Shown: piece by piece, positions 28,820 through 38,316 of the stretch
How the letters are laid out: each line of letters begins with the position of its first letter
How positions within the stretch are numbered: the first letter of the stretch is position 1
NCBI GenBank assembly: GCA_029862005.1
Contig: JAOTYD010000006.1
Location: 69,758 to 133,757 of the forward strand
Reading direction: 5' to 3'
Source: Gammaproteobacteria bacterium
GTDB lineage: Bacteria > Pseudomonadota > Gammaproteobacteria > GCA-001735895
DNA length: 64,000 bases
Position numbers and translations under genes: made by a program
Notes under the pieces: generated by a model
Database searches by the model: none
Seen by the model: only the letters and a program-made list of their open reading frames with translations
Told to the model about the DNA's origin: nothing

Positions 28820-28865
28820 ATTTACCATGCAAGAGTTTTTTGCGGTAACCAGCAGGGCAGGCAAG

Positions 28866-29090
28866 CTAATTGCAGCCGCATCCACCGCCTGTTGCTATGC
28901 CCGCGCCCCTTGCGCCCTCACGAGAATCATAAACATGATGTATATAGCTTGCCGATACCGGATCTCGGTTGAAGCTCATGATGGGGTCTGCGAGATTGGC
29001 GCGTTCGTAGGGCTTGACCCAGGGCTCGATCGCACAACCCCCCAGAATAAAGACACTACTAATTAATGCAAATGCGATTTTCTTTTGCAT
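28866..29090 (-). CDS. DUF4266-family small lipoprotein
   Basis: Lipobox LGGC, VKPYER..LADP.M, REGARG and C-terminal GGGCGCN. Confidence 0.85.
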   Translation of the reverse strand: MQKKIAFALISSVFILGGCAIEPWVKPYERANLADPIMSFNRDPVSASYIHHVYDSREGARGAGIATGGGCGCN

Positions 29091-29094
29091 CTTT

Positions 29095-29607
29095 TTACTC
29101 GCGCACCAGTTTTTTCACCATCTTGCGATACTTCTCTTCATCGCCCGGCTTGTAACCCTTATGCAGATAGCGCACGTTGCCATCACGGTCGAGGACAACC
29201 GTGGTCGGCATCGCGATCACATTGTATTTCTTACTGACCAGGTTGTTGTTATCCAGCAATACCGGAAAATCAACCGGGAAGTTCTTGAGGAATCCCCGCG
29301 CTTTCTTGACGTCCTCTTCGACATTAACGCCGAGCACGGTAAATCCGAGCGGTTCATACTTATTATGCAGGTTGTTCAGCAAAGGCATTTCTTCTCGGCA
29401 GGGGCCGCACCAGGACGCCCAGAAATTAATCAGGACCACGTTACCCGTCAATTCGCTGAGTTTGAGGTTTTTACCGGTAAGCGACTTTAACGTGAAATTC
29501 GGCGCCGGACCCTTTAACGAGGCCGCGTGCGAGAGATTTAATCCTGCAAACGATAAAAAACACAGCAGTAACAAGCTGATTCCGGTTCGCGATAACATGC
29601 TGTTCAT
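29095..29607 (-). CDS. TlpA-family periplasmic thioredoxin
   Basis: Signal peptide, NFWASWCGPCREEMP and AMPTT. Confidence 0.92.
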   Translation of the reverse strand: MNSMLSRTGISLLLLCFLSFAGLNLSHAASLKGPAPNFTLKSLTGKNLKLSELTGNVVLINFWASWCGPCREEMPLLNNLHNKYEPLGFTVLGVNVEEDVKKARGFLKNFPVDFPVLLDNNNLVSKKYNVIAMPTTVVLDRDGNVRYLHKGYKPGDEEKYRKMVKKLVRE

Positions 29608-29619
29608 ATCTAATCTCCT

Positions 29620-30273
29620 TTAGAAAAATAAGTTAAATGCCACTGTTAGTTCAATATTGTGGGTCGTTTCCTCGCTGCCGAAGAGGTCCTGCTCGAAGAT
29701 CAAGTCTCGCATTTCAATGTCGAGGCTGAAGCCGTCGGCAAACAAGGTGCGATGCCCTACTGCATAAGCGATGGTAAATCGATCATCGCCCGCAAATTCC
29801 GTGTTACCCACACCCGCAGACAGATAAAGCACAGTATTGAATGTAGTTGAATCGGTTAAAAATGCCTCCCCGGGGAACAGGTTGAATCCAAGGGAAACGA
29901 TGTAGTACTCGACTTCCCGCTCCTCATTGGACAACAGGGGGGCACCGCCACTCAGAATCTCGAAGCTGGTCTTTCCGGAGTCGCCGAGGCCGTAGGAAGC
30001 CTGCACGAAAAAATCTTCAGAAACGTTATAACCAAGCTTGATACCTTTCACGAGATCGGTATCAAAATCCTCGAGCGCCAGGTAACCTACGTAAACAGCG
30101 ATTTCAAAATCGTCTGAATCGATCTGGGATTCATCGAACTCGATACGCTCGATCTGAGGCTCGATCAGACTAGATTGATCCTCTTCATCACTCTGCGCAG
30201 CAACCTGGGTCACCGGCATCATTGCGATCAACCAAGCACTCGCTAGAAAAATACTGCGAAACCGAATTTCCAC
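29620..30273 (-). CDS. outer-membrane beta-barrel protein (small; GltA/B-like family by inference)
   Basis: Signal peptide, IEPQIER...ID.DDFE, amphipathic strands, NLFPGEAF and C-terminal FNLFF. Confidence 0.7.
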   Translation of the reverse strand: MEIRFRSIFLASAWLIAMMPVTQVAAQSDEEDQSSLIEPQIERIEFDESQIDSDDFEIAVYVGYLALEDFDTDLVKGIKLGYNVSEDFFVQASYGLGDSGKTSFEILSGGAPLLSNEEREVEYYIVSLGFNLFPGEAFLTDSTTFNTVLYLSAGVGNTEFAGDDRFTIAYAVGHRTLFADGFSLDIEMRDLIFEQDLFGSEETTHNIELTVAFNLFF

Positions 30274-31118
30274 TCGTTTACTACCTCGCTGTTGTCACTG
30301 GTGCCGGATGAAAAAATTACATACTCGTTAGCCTCGAATCGAAACAGAAAACTGCGGCTGACATAGCGTTGCAATCCCAGACCAAATTGCGCAAAGCTAT
30401 TTTTATCGTCTCTTGCTGAAATCAGGATAACACTGGGATCAACCTCAATCTCACCCAATCCAAGAGTGAGATAAGGCGAGTACTTAAAATCCGGAAACGG
30501 CTGCATTACCAGATTTCCCTTGTAGAATGTACTACTCGATTTATCGCCTACTGACTTCCCAAAATGAAACTCACCCGTCAGGTTCTCGGAAAACGAATAT
30601 CCGGTAAACAGAGTAAACACCGGAGCCGATTCAAATTCACCGCCGGTATATCCCAGGATCCACTTGCGCTGGGTAAAATCTTCCAGATCGGACTCGACAA
30701 CCCTGAACTTTTCGCCGGTGAGTAGAAGTGTTTCCCGCATCTGATCACGACTCGCCCACCCGGTCTTGCCTGTGCTGGTTTCGATTCTGAACCAGTCGGT
30801 TTTGCGTCTGATAACACTGACCTCGGTGCCTCGATCAACCACGTAAAAAATCGGGTAGCCTGCGCCTGGGCCGGTATGCAGCTCGATAAAAGGATCAGCG
30901 ATTTTAACCTTGTAATAAACCTTTCCTTCCGCATCAATATTTTTCTCAGGCGCGACTTCACTCTCAGCTGTCCTTTTCGATGCTCCCTCTTCCATTACGG
31001 TAGGTGCTTTTTGTGCCACCAGGATATCTGCGTCGATCGATTGCGACTGTGACGGTCTGGAAGCGACAAATAGCAAAAGAAACAGGCTGGGCAAAAGTAT
31101 CCCCTTGAGACGTTTCAA
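30243..31118 (-). CDS. SH3-like domain fused to an outer-membrane beta-barrel
   Basis: Signal peptide; ADPFIELHTGPG.GYPIF...TDWF.I....GKTGW (SH3b-like); SPY.TLG.G; C-terminal EWKFGFAVFF. Confidence 0.7.
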   Translation of the reverse strand: MKRLKGILLPSLFLLLFVASRPSQSQSIDADILVAQKAPTVMEEGASKRTAESEVAPEKNIDAEGKVYYKVKIADPFIELHTGPGAGYPIFYVVDRGTEVSVIRRKTDWFRIETSTGKTGWASRDQMRETLLLTGEKFRVVESDLEDFTQRKWILGYTGGEFESAPVFTLFTGYSFSENLTGEFHFGKSVGDKSSSTFYKGNLVMQPFPDFKYSPYLTLGLGEIEVDPSVILISARDDKNSFAQFGLGLQRYVSRSFLFRFEANEYVIFSSGTSDNSEVVNEWKFGFAVFF

Positions 31119-31149
31119 GTTTATTTTCCCGTGTTATTACAGCCACTAG

Positions 31150-33975
31150 CTAGTTTTGTGGCGCCGCCGGGTCAAAAGGATCATTAAAGTTCTGGGCGCC
31201 TAAATCTATCCACTCTGAGATTAGCTTTAATTCGGCACCTGTCAACATAGTCGTATGATCGACACTGCCCACCGGCAATGCGCGCCCGGCGTCCAGCTCG
31301 GTTCCGGTCATCTTTTCAATGAAAAAGCTGCTGCGGGCACCAGCCGAAGTCATGATCGGAGCGATCGCAGCTGCCGGGTCGGGAATTGTACCGCCGATGC
31401 CGTCGGGCACAGTAAACTGCTCGAGCATACCCCCCGCATTGATGAACTGGCCCTGCCTGGTGTTAAACATTTGTTGATAAGACCTGAAACGATCGTTCGG
31501 GTCCTGGTTGGGATCGGTGGTCAAATCGAGCTGCCCATAGGGTAGGCGTGTACCGTTGTTAGTGGTGTGACAGCTAATACAGGTATCGTCACCGACGCCA
31601 TCGGCCACCGCCACTGACACCAGTGGCGTATTGGTCGGGTCGTTGTTTGGTGGATTGACCGGATCCATCGGCGTAATGGCGTCAACAGCGCCGCGATTAA
31701 GCTGGAAAATCGCGTGAATATGGGGTGGATAATGGATTGCCACACGGCAATTGTAGAGCCAGTTGGGAGCGCAAAAGGTATTAGTCGGCCTCAACATGCC
31801 GGGGCTCAGATCGGCATAAAGATAATCGATATCCGGGTCTGGAGTGCTTATGCCGGGATCGGTCCAGTAATCTCGGTATATCAGGTCAGCGCTGAGCTTC
31901 GGTTGATTGGCGACCGCAAGGCTATCGAAACGTACCTCCGCCATGGTTTGCCCGGGAGTACCCATGTAAGGACTAGCTGGCATCGAGCCTGGAATCAAAG
32001 TATTGACGAATATCCCACCAGCCGGCAGACCGCTATTGATCGATGGCGCCTCGCCATCGCTGCGCGCATGAATTTCGGGCGGACTACCGCCATTGTTGAC
32101 GTCATGACAACCGACGCAGGTTAGCATATCTCCCGGTTGCACCTGGAACCAGTTCTCATGCGACGGGCCAATCCTGCGACCTTCACCATCGAGCACCTCG
32201 ACCGCTAACGGGACATAGGCCGGAACTTTGACCTTGACCGAACCGTCGGGTTCGACCGGCGCGTAGCCGACGATCTCGCGCATACCCCGATTACGTTGCG
32301 GTCCAAACGCATTGCCATCAAGGTCCGGTGGGTTGACCAGCGTCGGGTCATCGGGATCGGGTATTCCGACCGACTTTACGAAACGCACGAAACGGGCGGG
32401 ACGATCGACTGCGGCGGAATTCACCGGATCGGCAAAATCCTGTACCGAGGTAATGCCGAGGCCAGCGGGCGCGCATTCGGTAAAGAAACAACCGTTAAAC
32501 GCGGGATCGCTCAAATCGTAAACGCTTTTGATATTGACCACGCCAACGACTTCGGTCTCCCAGCCAGGATCAAGCTCACCGAGCAGGCTCTTGTCGAAGA
32601 TAACCGGCGCCCGGGTTCTGTTCTCGAGCGCAATGACGTCGGTGATAACCCTGCCCGCTTCCGCCAACACGATGGGTTTCTGGGTATCGACGTCCATATC
32701 GTAAATCCAGATCGAGTAAGAGGGCGACCTTTCCACGGCCGCTGGATCATTCACATATTCATCAAGACAGGGCCTTATTACACCATTGACGTCCACCTGG
32801 CAGGTGGATTTACTGACCAGCATGCGATTCGATCCATCCCATAACGGGTAAACCGTGGCATAGCGGCCGTTGGCTGAGATCGAACCATCGTTGGTGACAT
32901 TGGAGACGGTGGCATCACGCTGCGCCGGACCGGGCATGCCCGCCAGTGACCAGAGCGGCTTATTGATATCCACAAAGCGATCGACGCTGATAACCTCAAC
33001 ATTGCCGCCGTCGAAGGTTCCGTCAAACGGCTTGGTGATTACCATCAAGTCACCGTTTTCCATTTCGCGAAAATTGGTAAAGTGGATTTCTGCGCCGCCG
33101 GTGCCGGTATTGTGACTTTGCGATCCATATAGAATCTGCAAATCGCTGCCGTCCGGATTGACGGTGTATAAATTGATTTCGTCATTGCCGCCGGCATTGT
33201 CCCAACGACTGAATACTATTTTTCCACCCTTGAAACTGGTAAATACCTGCGGGTAAAGATCGTGGCTCTGGTTGAAGGAAATCTGCTTGATTTCGGTGCC
33301 GTCGGCATTCATGACGTGCAGCACCAAAGCCTGAACACCCTCGTCTTCGTCGAGTGCGGAAAATCTCGGCTTGCCTTCGTTGATCAGCATTTCGCGAGAC
33401 TGGCGCTGACGATTCGAGGAAAATACGATACGGCCATCGGGCAGGTAGCTGGGGAAAAGATCATCACCCTCCTCGGCAATCAGAGCGGTGGAGATAACTC
33501 GACGAAGTTGACTCGTGGTTAAATCGTATTCGTAAACATTCCAGCTGGGGAACGGGGGATTGTTCGGGTCGGGGTCGAACAGGCGCAGTGAAAAAACCAG
33601 CTTGGTGCCATCGTGGCTGGCGCTCAAGCCCTTGACGTCGCCGATACCGGTGGTAACGGAGCTCGTGATATTAATCTCGTTGTCGTTACTCCGCAGATAA
33701 ACATCGCCGCCGGAACTGAACAGCCTCGGCTCGCGCACATCGACCTGAACCTCGTCGCCCATGTCGTCTACCGGAATCGGACGCTTGACGTAAGCAATCG
33801 GGATTTCGATGATGCCGGGATCGATTCCTTCGCCTGAGTCGGATCCGGGATCACATGCGCTCAGGGCGACGACTGCGGTGCATATTACAGCTAATCCTAA
33901 CCAGTGAAACTGGAATTCCATCAACTGCCTGGATCTCGTCAGAATGCGTGTATATAAGGCTGTCGTATGTTTCAT
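31150..33975 (-). CDS. large diheme lipoprotein with TolB-like beta-propeller and hydrazine-synthase-alpha-like middle domain
   Basis: Lipobox LSAC; propeller repeats (S.DGTKLVFS, YLPDGRIVFSSNR, MNADG, VNPDGS); GYAPVEPDGSVKVKVPA..PL..EVLD.EG; CVGCH (32104-32118) and CISCH (31567-31581); terminal SEWIDLGA. Start could be 33921. Confidence 0.75.
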   Translation of the reverse strand: MKHTTALYTRILTRSRQLMEFQFHWLGLAVICTAVVALSACDPGSDSGEGIDPGIIEIPIAYVKRPIPVDDMGDEVQVDVREPRLFSSGGDVYLRSNDNEINITSSVTTGIGDVKGLSASHDGTKLVFSLRLFDPDPNNPPFPSWNVYEYDLTTSQLRRVISTALIAEEGDDLFPSYLPDGRIVFSSNRQRQSREMLINEGKPRFSALDEDEGVQALVLHVMNADGTEIKQISFNQSHDLYPQVFTSFKGGKIVFSRWDNAGGNDEINLYTVNPDGSDLQILYGSQSHNTGTGGAEIHFTNFREMENGDLMVITKPFDGTFDGGNVEVISVDRFVDINKPLWSLAGMPGPAQRDATVSNVTNDGSISANGRYATVYPLWDGSNRMLVSKSTCQVDVNGVIRPCLDEYVNDPAAVERSPSYSIWIYDMDVDTQKPIVLAEAGRVITDVIALENRTRAPVIFDKSLLGELDPGWETEVVGVVNIKSVYDLSDPAFNGCFFTECAPAGLGITSVQDFADPVNSAAVDRPARFVRFVKSVGIPDPDDPTLVNPPDLDGNAFGPQRNRGMREIVGYAPVEPDGSVKVKVPAYVPLAVEVLDGEGRRIGPSHENWFQVQPGDMLTCVGCHDVNNGGSPPEIHARSDGEAPSINSGLPAGGIFVNTLIPGSMPASPYMGTPGQTMAEVRFDSLAVANQPKLSADLIYRDYWTDPGISTPDPDIDYLYADLSPGMLRPTNTFCAPNWLYNCRVAIHYPPHIHAIFQLNRGAVDAITPMDPVNPPNNDPTNTPLVSVAVADGVGDDTCISCHTTNNGTRLPYGQLDLTTDPNQDPNDRFRSYQQMFNTRQGQFINAGGMLEQFTVPDGIGGTIPDPAAAIAPIMTSAGARSSFFIEKMTGTELDAGRALPVGSVDHTTMLTGAELKLISEWIDLGAQNFNDPFDPAAPQN

Positions 33976-34321
33976 CTATTTCCTTAAAGTTGGTACCCGG
34001 TGGAGCGCCCTATGTCATTAATTTTATAGTTTATCTTCGAACTTATATAACCCGCTGCCGAATTCTGACCAGATGTACTTATTTCCTTACGAACGGTATA
34101 CGTGAGAGCGAGCCAGTCTCGTAAAATAGGGTATTAGGTTTAATACGCAAACAGTATTTACGAGTTAACAGCTCTGAGCTTAACAGCATAAATAAAATGG
34201 TCAGGTGTAATTGAGGTTTTTGTGACTTAATTAACGCAGTTTATCCATTTGACGTTAACTCGTTGTGCTAGGTTTAAACCTTCGGCTTTGAGCCCGCGCA
34301 ACAGCGGTTGATAAGGAAATA

Positions 34322-35635
34322 ATGGGGATACTGATGGGAAAGAACAACAAAATATCGCTGCCGTTGTTAATCATGGTGGCACTGACAAGCCAGCCGCTCT
34401 GGGCCGATGCCCAGGATAGAGCGCAGGCCAAAAGAATTCATGATCGGCTCGTTGGCGTTACCGCTACTAACGCGACGATAGACGCCATGGAAGCACTGCT
34501 GATCAGTGATCCTACCGGTAAAACCGCCGCTGAATACGCGATCGACACCGCGCAAAATCCCAATGCACGATTCTTCTACAACGTAACCCTGAAGAATTTC
34601 GCCGCGCCCTGGACCAACGAAGAGCAGACGGTATTCACCCCGCTAAACGATTATTCGGCGACCGTGATCGGCCTGATACGCGATGGCGGCGATTTCAGGC
34701 AAATATTGCACGGCGACATCATCTATCGCGGTGATCCGGGCCTCGGCATCGCGGCTTACTCGAATAGCAACAACAACCACTATGAACAACTGGAAGCGCT
34801 TGGTCCCACTACTGGTGACCTCGCCAACCCGAATATCCTCGAGGGTAGCGTAACCCAGCCGGGCATAACCCAGAGCTCGGTGACAGGCCTGGCCAGTGGT
34901 GCCACCGCCGGTGTGATGACCACGCGCGCGGGCGCAATGGCGTTTTTCTCCGCAGGCACCAACCGCGCCATGTTCCGCTTCACGCTAATGAATCACCTGT
35001 GCACCGATCTCGAACCGCTCAAGGATGTCTCGCGCTCCCCCGACAAGGTTCGCCGCGATGTATCGCGCAGCCCAGGCGGCGATAGCCGTCTCTACATGAA
35101 TGGCTGTGTCGGCTGCCACGCCGGCATGGACGGCATGGCGGGCGCGTTCGCCTTCTACGAGTGGGATAGTGCCGCCGGCCGTATGCTGTACCAGGACATC
35201 GGCAGCCCGCTTTTCGACCCCGCCACCGGCGTATCGCTCAAGCACAACATTAACGGGAATAACTTCGAGTACGGTCACATCACCGAGGATGACAGCTGGA
35301 TCAACTACTGGCGCAACGGTCCCAACTCGAAGCTCGGACTCCGGCCCGCCGATGACGGCCCGAATGCTACCGGTTGGGGACCGCTCATCAATCCCGATGC
35401 CAATGGCAATGAAACCGGTAACGGGGCGAAATCTCTTGGCATCGAAATGTCCAATAGTAAAGCCTTCGCCCAGTGCCAGGTAGACAAGGCATTCAAGTCG
35501 ATCTGCCTGCGTGATCCCAATAATTTCGCCGCGGACCGCAGCGCACGCGACGGATTTGTTTCCAACTTGGTCGGCAGCGGATACGACATGCGCGAAGTCT
35601 TCACCGACGTCGCCGCATACTGCAAAGGGAGTTGA
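34322..35635 (+). CDS. secreted monoheme c-type protein (DUF1588/DUF1585-like)
   Basis: Signal peptide (PLWA), AKRIHDRLVGV, AGVMTTRA, GTNRA, CVGCH.GMD (35105-35119) and AFAQCQV...GYDMREVF. Confidence 0.65.
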   Translation: MGILMGKNNKISLPLLIMVALTSQPLWADAQDRAQAKRIHDRLVGVTATNATIDAMEALLISDPTGKTAAEYAIDTAQNPNARFFYNVTLKNFAAPWTNEEQTVFTPLNDYSATVIGLIRDGGDFRQILHGDIIYRGDPGLGIAAYSNSNNNHYEQLEALGPTTGDLANPNILEGSVTQPGITQSSVTGLASGATAGVMTTRAGAMAFFSAGTNRAMFRFTLMNHLCTDLEPLKDVSRSPDKVRRDVSRSPGGDSRLYMNGCVGCHAGMDGMAGAFAFYEWDSAAGRMLYQDIGSPLFDPATGVSLKHNINGNNFEYGHITEDDSWINYWRNGPNSKLGLRPADDGPNATGWGPLINPDANGNETGNGAKSLGIEMSNSKAFAQCQVDKAFKSICLRDPNNFAADRSARDGFVSNLVGSGYDMREVFTDVAAYCKGS

Positions 35636-38304
35636 ATATGAATAAAAATCACCCTTTTATTAAGATCATTTCACTCCTTGCACTGGGCGCGATGATGGCG
35701 GCCTGTGACAGTGGCGGCGTTGGCACCACGGCTAACCAGAACCTGGGTAACACGGCTAACAATTTCGCCTACACCGGTCCGGCCGCGCGCGACATCGCCG
35801 TCAGTAATTTCCAGTACTACCTATGGCGGAACGTGACCGACGTAACCCGCTGCGGCGGCTGTCATAACTCAGAAGCCAGCGCGCCGGTTACCCCGTTATT
35901 CTTCGATACCTCCAATGTTAACGTAGCTTACGACGCGACTGTGGCCAGGGATCCGTCACTTTTACCCGCGAATCTACCGACGATGAATCCGTTGAACGCG
36001 GTATTTGTCGACAAGCTCAACAATAATCACTTTTGCTGGGAGACCAATCCCGCGATCTGCGCCACGCTGATAGCTGGTTGGATCGACGACTGGAAAAATG
36101 CGGCCAATGGCGGCGCTGGGGCGCGCCAGATCAATCTGACTGCACCGGCCAGCATCAGGGACCCGGGCGACTCCAAGTCGTTTCCCGCCACCGCGACCAC
36201 TGTCGGCACCAACGGCACCAGTTTCGCCGATACCGTGTACGAGCTGCTGGTTGGCAGCAACCCGGTAATTGCCGACAATAACTGCCAGAACTGCCACAAT
36301 GAAGTTGGCCCAATATTGCCGCAGGCGCCGTTTTTTGCCCACACCGATGTCGATGTAGCTTACGAGGCCGCCAAGTCAAAAATGGACATCGATACACCCG
36401 CTAATTCGCGATTGGCCGTGCGCCTGTTCGAGCAGCACAACTGCTGGAGCACCTGTGGCCCCGACGAAACGCTGATGGTGCAGAGGATCACGGATTTTGC
36501 CGATGGCATTGCGGTTTCGTCGATCGACCCCACCCTGGTCACCAGTAAGGCACTGACCCTGGGCGAAGGTATTATCGCCTCCGGTGGCAATCGCCATGAA
36601 ACCGATCAATTCGCCATCTGGGAATTCAAAACCGGCACTGGTCTGACCGCTTACGACACCAGCGGTGTCGGCGCCTCGATCAACCTGTCACTGATCGGCA
36701 GCGTCAACTGGGTTGGCGGCTATGGTCTCGAATTCACTGGTGGACGGGCACAGGCCGATACTATCAGCAGCGATAAAATCTTTACCTATCTTCAGGATAC
36801 CGGTGAATATGCCATCGAAGCCTGGGTCATCCCGGCCAACGTCACCCAGGAAGACGCCAATATCGTCAGTTACTCCGGTGGTGACCTCGCGCGCAATTTC
36901 ACGCTGGGCCAGGATATGTACAACTACGAGTCTTACAACCGGATTGACTCGGTTATTCCTGCACCGAACGGCGAACCCGTTATGTCTACCGGGGAAGACG
37001 ACGAGGAGCTGGCGCAAGCCAGCTTGCAGCATGTCGTGATCAACTATGATCCCCTCGATCGCCTTGGCAATGGCGCTGGCCGCAGCATTTACGTCAACGG
37101 CCAGCTGGTCAATAACCTGACTGACACCGCGGCGGGATTACCGATCACAAACGTCTGGGACGATACTTTCGCATTCATCCTCGGCAACGAAATCTCAGGA
37201 AACCGCCCGTGGATGGGACAGGTCAAAATGGTTGCGCTACACAACAGGGCACTAGCCCAACCAGAGATTCAGCAGAACTTCGACCTCGGCGTCGGCCAGA
37301 AATTCCTGCTGCTATTCTATGTCGGTCATCACCTCGGTGAAATCGGCAACCCCAACAGCTTTATCATGTTCGAGGTGGCCCAGTTCGACAGCTACAGTTA
37401 CCTGTTCAACAAGCCCACGTTCGTCACCCTTGATGGCAGTGCCCCGAGTTCAGACATTGATATTAAAGGCCTGCGTATCGGCATCAACGGCAAAGAGGCG
37501 CTCGCAGGCCAGGCTTATGCCAACCTCGACACCAGCGTCATCGCCGCCACCTACGACCCGGCGACCGGCCAGGAACTGTCTTCTAAGGGTACTATTATTT
37601 CGCTCGAAAAAGGCTCCGACAGCGACGAGTTCTTCCTGACTTTCGAGGATTTCAACGGCTTCACCAAGGCCTTTAGTGATATCGTTCCGACAGTAGCTGC
37701 CGATCCGGGCGATCCGGTCAACCCGCTTGAGGCCGACATCGGCGTGCGCACCTTCCAGGAGATCAATGTGACCATCGCCGAGATTACCGGCGTGCCTGTC
37801 ACCAACACGGCAGTCGCAACGGTTTACAACGACTACATCCAGCAGTTGCCGACGATAGAGGCGATCGAAGCCTTCCTGCCCTCGCACCAGATGGCGATCG
37901 CGCAACTCGCGTTGACTTCCTGTAGCGAACTGGTCGAAGGCAACGGTTCGATACCCAGGGCGACCTACTTCCCTGGATTCAATTTCGGCACCAACGCGCA
38001 AACCGCTTTCGATACCCAGGCCGAGCGAGATGCGATTATCGATCCGCTGCTAAGCGCGGCGATGAACGTCGACCAGGCCACGCCTGCGAATAATCTCATC
38101 ACGCAACCAGTGGAACTGGAAGTCGCTGACTTGCTGAGTTCTCCGGCCGCGCAGGATCTTGATCCCGCACTCACCGGCGACTCGTATGACAGTCTGATAA
38201 CAGAAATGTTATCCGATCTCGTAAACACGCCAGCACGCACCGAGCAAATCGTGAAAGCCGTCTGCGCCGTCGCCACTGGTGGCGCGGTAATGCTAGTACA
38301 ATAG
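35632..38304 (+). CDS. diheme c-type lipoprotein with LamG/concanavalin-like domain
   Basis: Lipobox MAAC; CGGCH (35851-35865) and CQNCH (36283-36297); LamG motifs WEF..GTG..AYDTSG, IEAWV.P, HVV..YD, IYVNG and W.G....VALHNRAL...EI.QNF. Confidence 0.75.
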   Translation: MNMNKNHPFIKIISLLALGAMMAACDSGGVGTTANQNLGNTANNFAYTGPAARDIAVSNFQYYLWRNVTDVTRCGGCHNSEASAPVTPLFFDTSNVNVAYDATVARDPSLLPANLPTMNPLNAVFVDKLNNNHFCWETNPAICATLIAGWIDDWKNAANGGAGARQINLTAPASIRDPGDSKSFPATATTVGTNGTSFADTVYELLVGSNPVIADNNCQNCHNEVGPILPQAPFFAHTDVDVAYEAAKSKMDIDTPANSRLAVRLFEQHNCWSTCGPDETLMVQRITDFADGIAVSSIDPTLVTSKALTLGEGIIASGGNRHETDQFAIWEFKTGTGLTAYDTSGVGASINLSLIGSVNWVGGYGLEFTGGRAQADTISSDKIFTYLQDTGEYAIEAWVIPANVTQEDANIVSYSGGDLARNFTLGQDMYNYESYNRIDSVIPAPNGEPVMSTGEDDEELAQASLQHVVINYDPLDRLGNGAGRSIYVNGQLVNNLTDTAAGLPITNVWDDTFAFILGNEISGNRPWMGQVKMVALHNRALAQPEIQQNFDLGVGQKFLLLFYVGHHLGEIGNPNSFIMFEVAQFDSYSYLFNKPTFVTLDGSAPSSDIDIKGLRIGINGKEALAGQAYANLDTSVIAATYDPATGQELSSKGTIISLEKGSDSDEFFLTFEDFNGFTKAFSDIVPTVAADPGDPVNPLEADIGVRTFQEINVTIAEITGVPVTNTAVATVYNDYIQQLPTIEAIEAFLPSHQMAIAQLALTSCSELVEGNGSIPRATYFPGFNFGTNAQTAFDTQAERDAIIDPLLSAAMNVDQATPANNLITQPVELEVADLLSSPAAQDLDPALTGDSYDSLITEMLSDLVNTPARTEQIVKAVCAVATGGAVMLVQ

Positions 38305-38316
38305 GATTCGAATATC

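Noticed and set aside
31150..33975. Anammox capacity suggested by the HZS-alpha-like protein
   Set aside because: No other hydrazine synthase subunits or anammox genes are present, and the genomic context is gammaproteobacterial.
34895..34906. SGAT in the monoheme protein as an ApbE flavinylation site
   Set aside because: It lacks the upstream Asp of Dxx[ST]GA[ST] and lies in a Gly/Ala/Thr-rich stretch where chance matches are likely.
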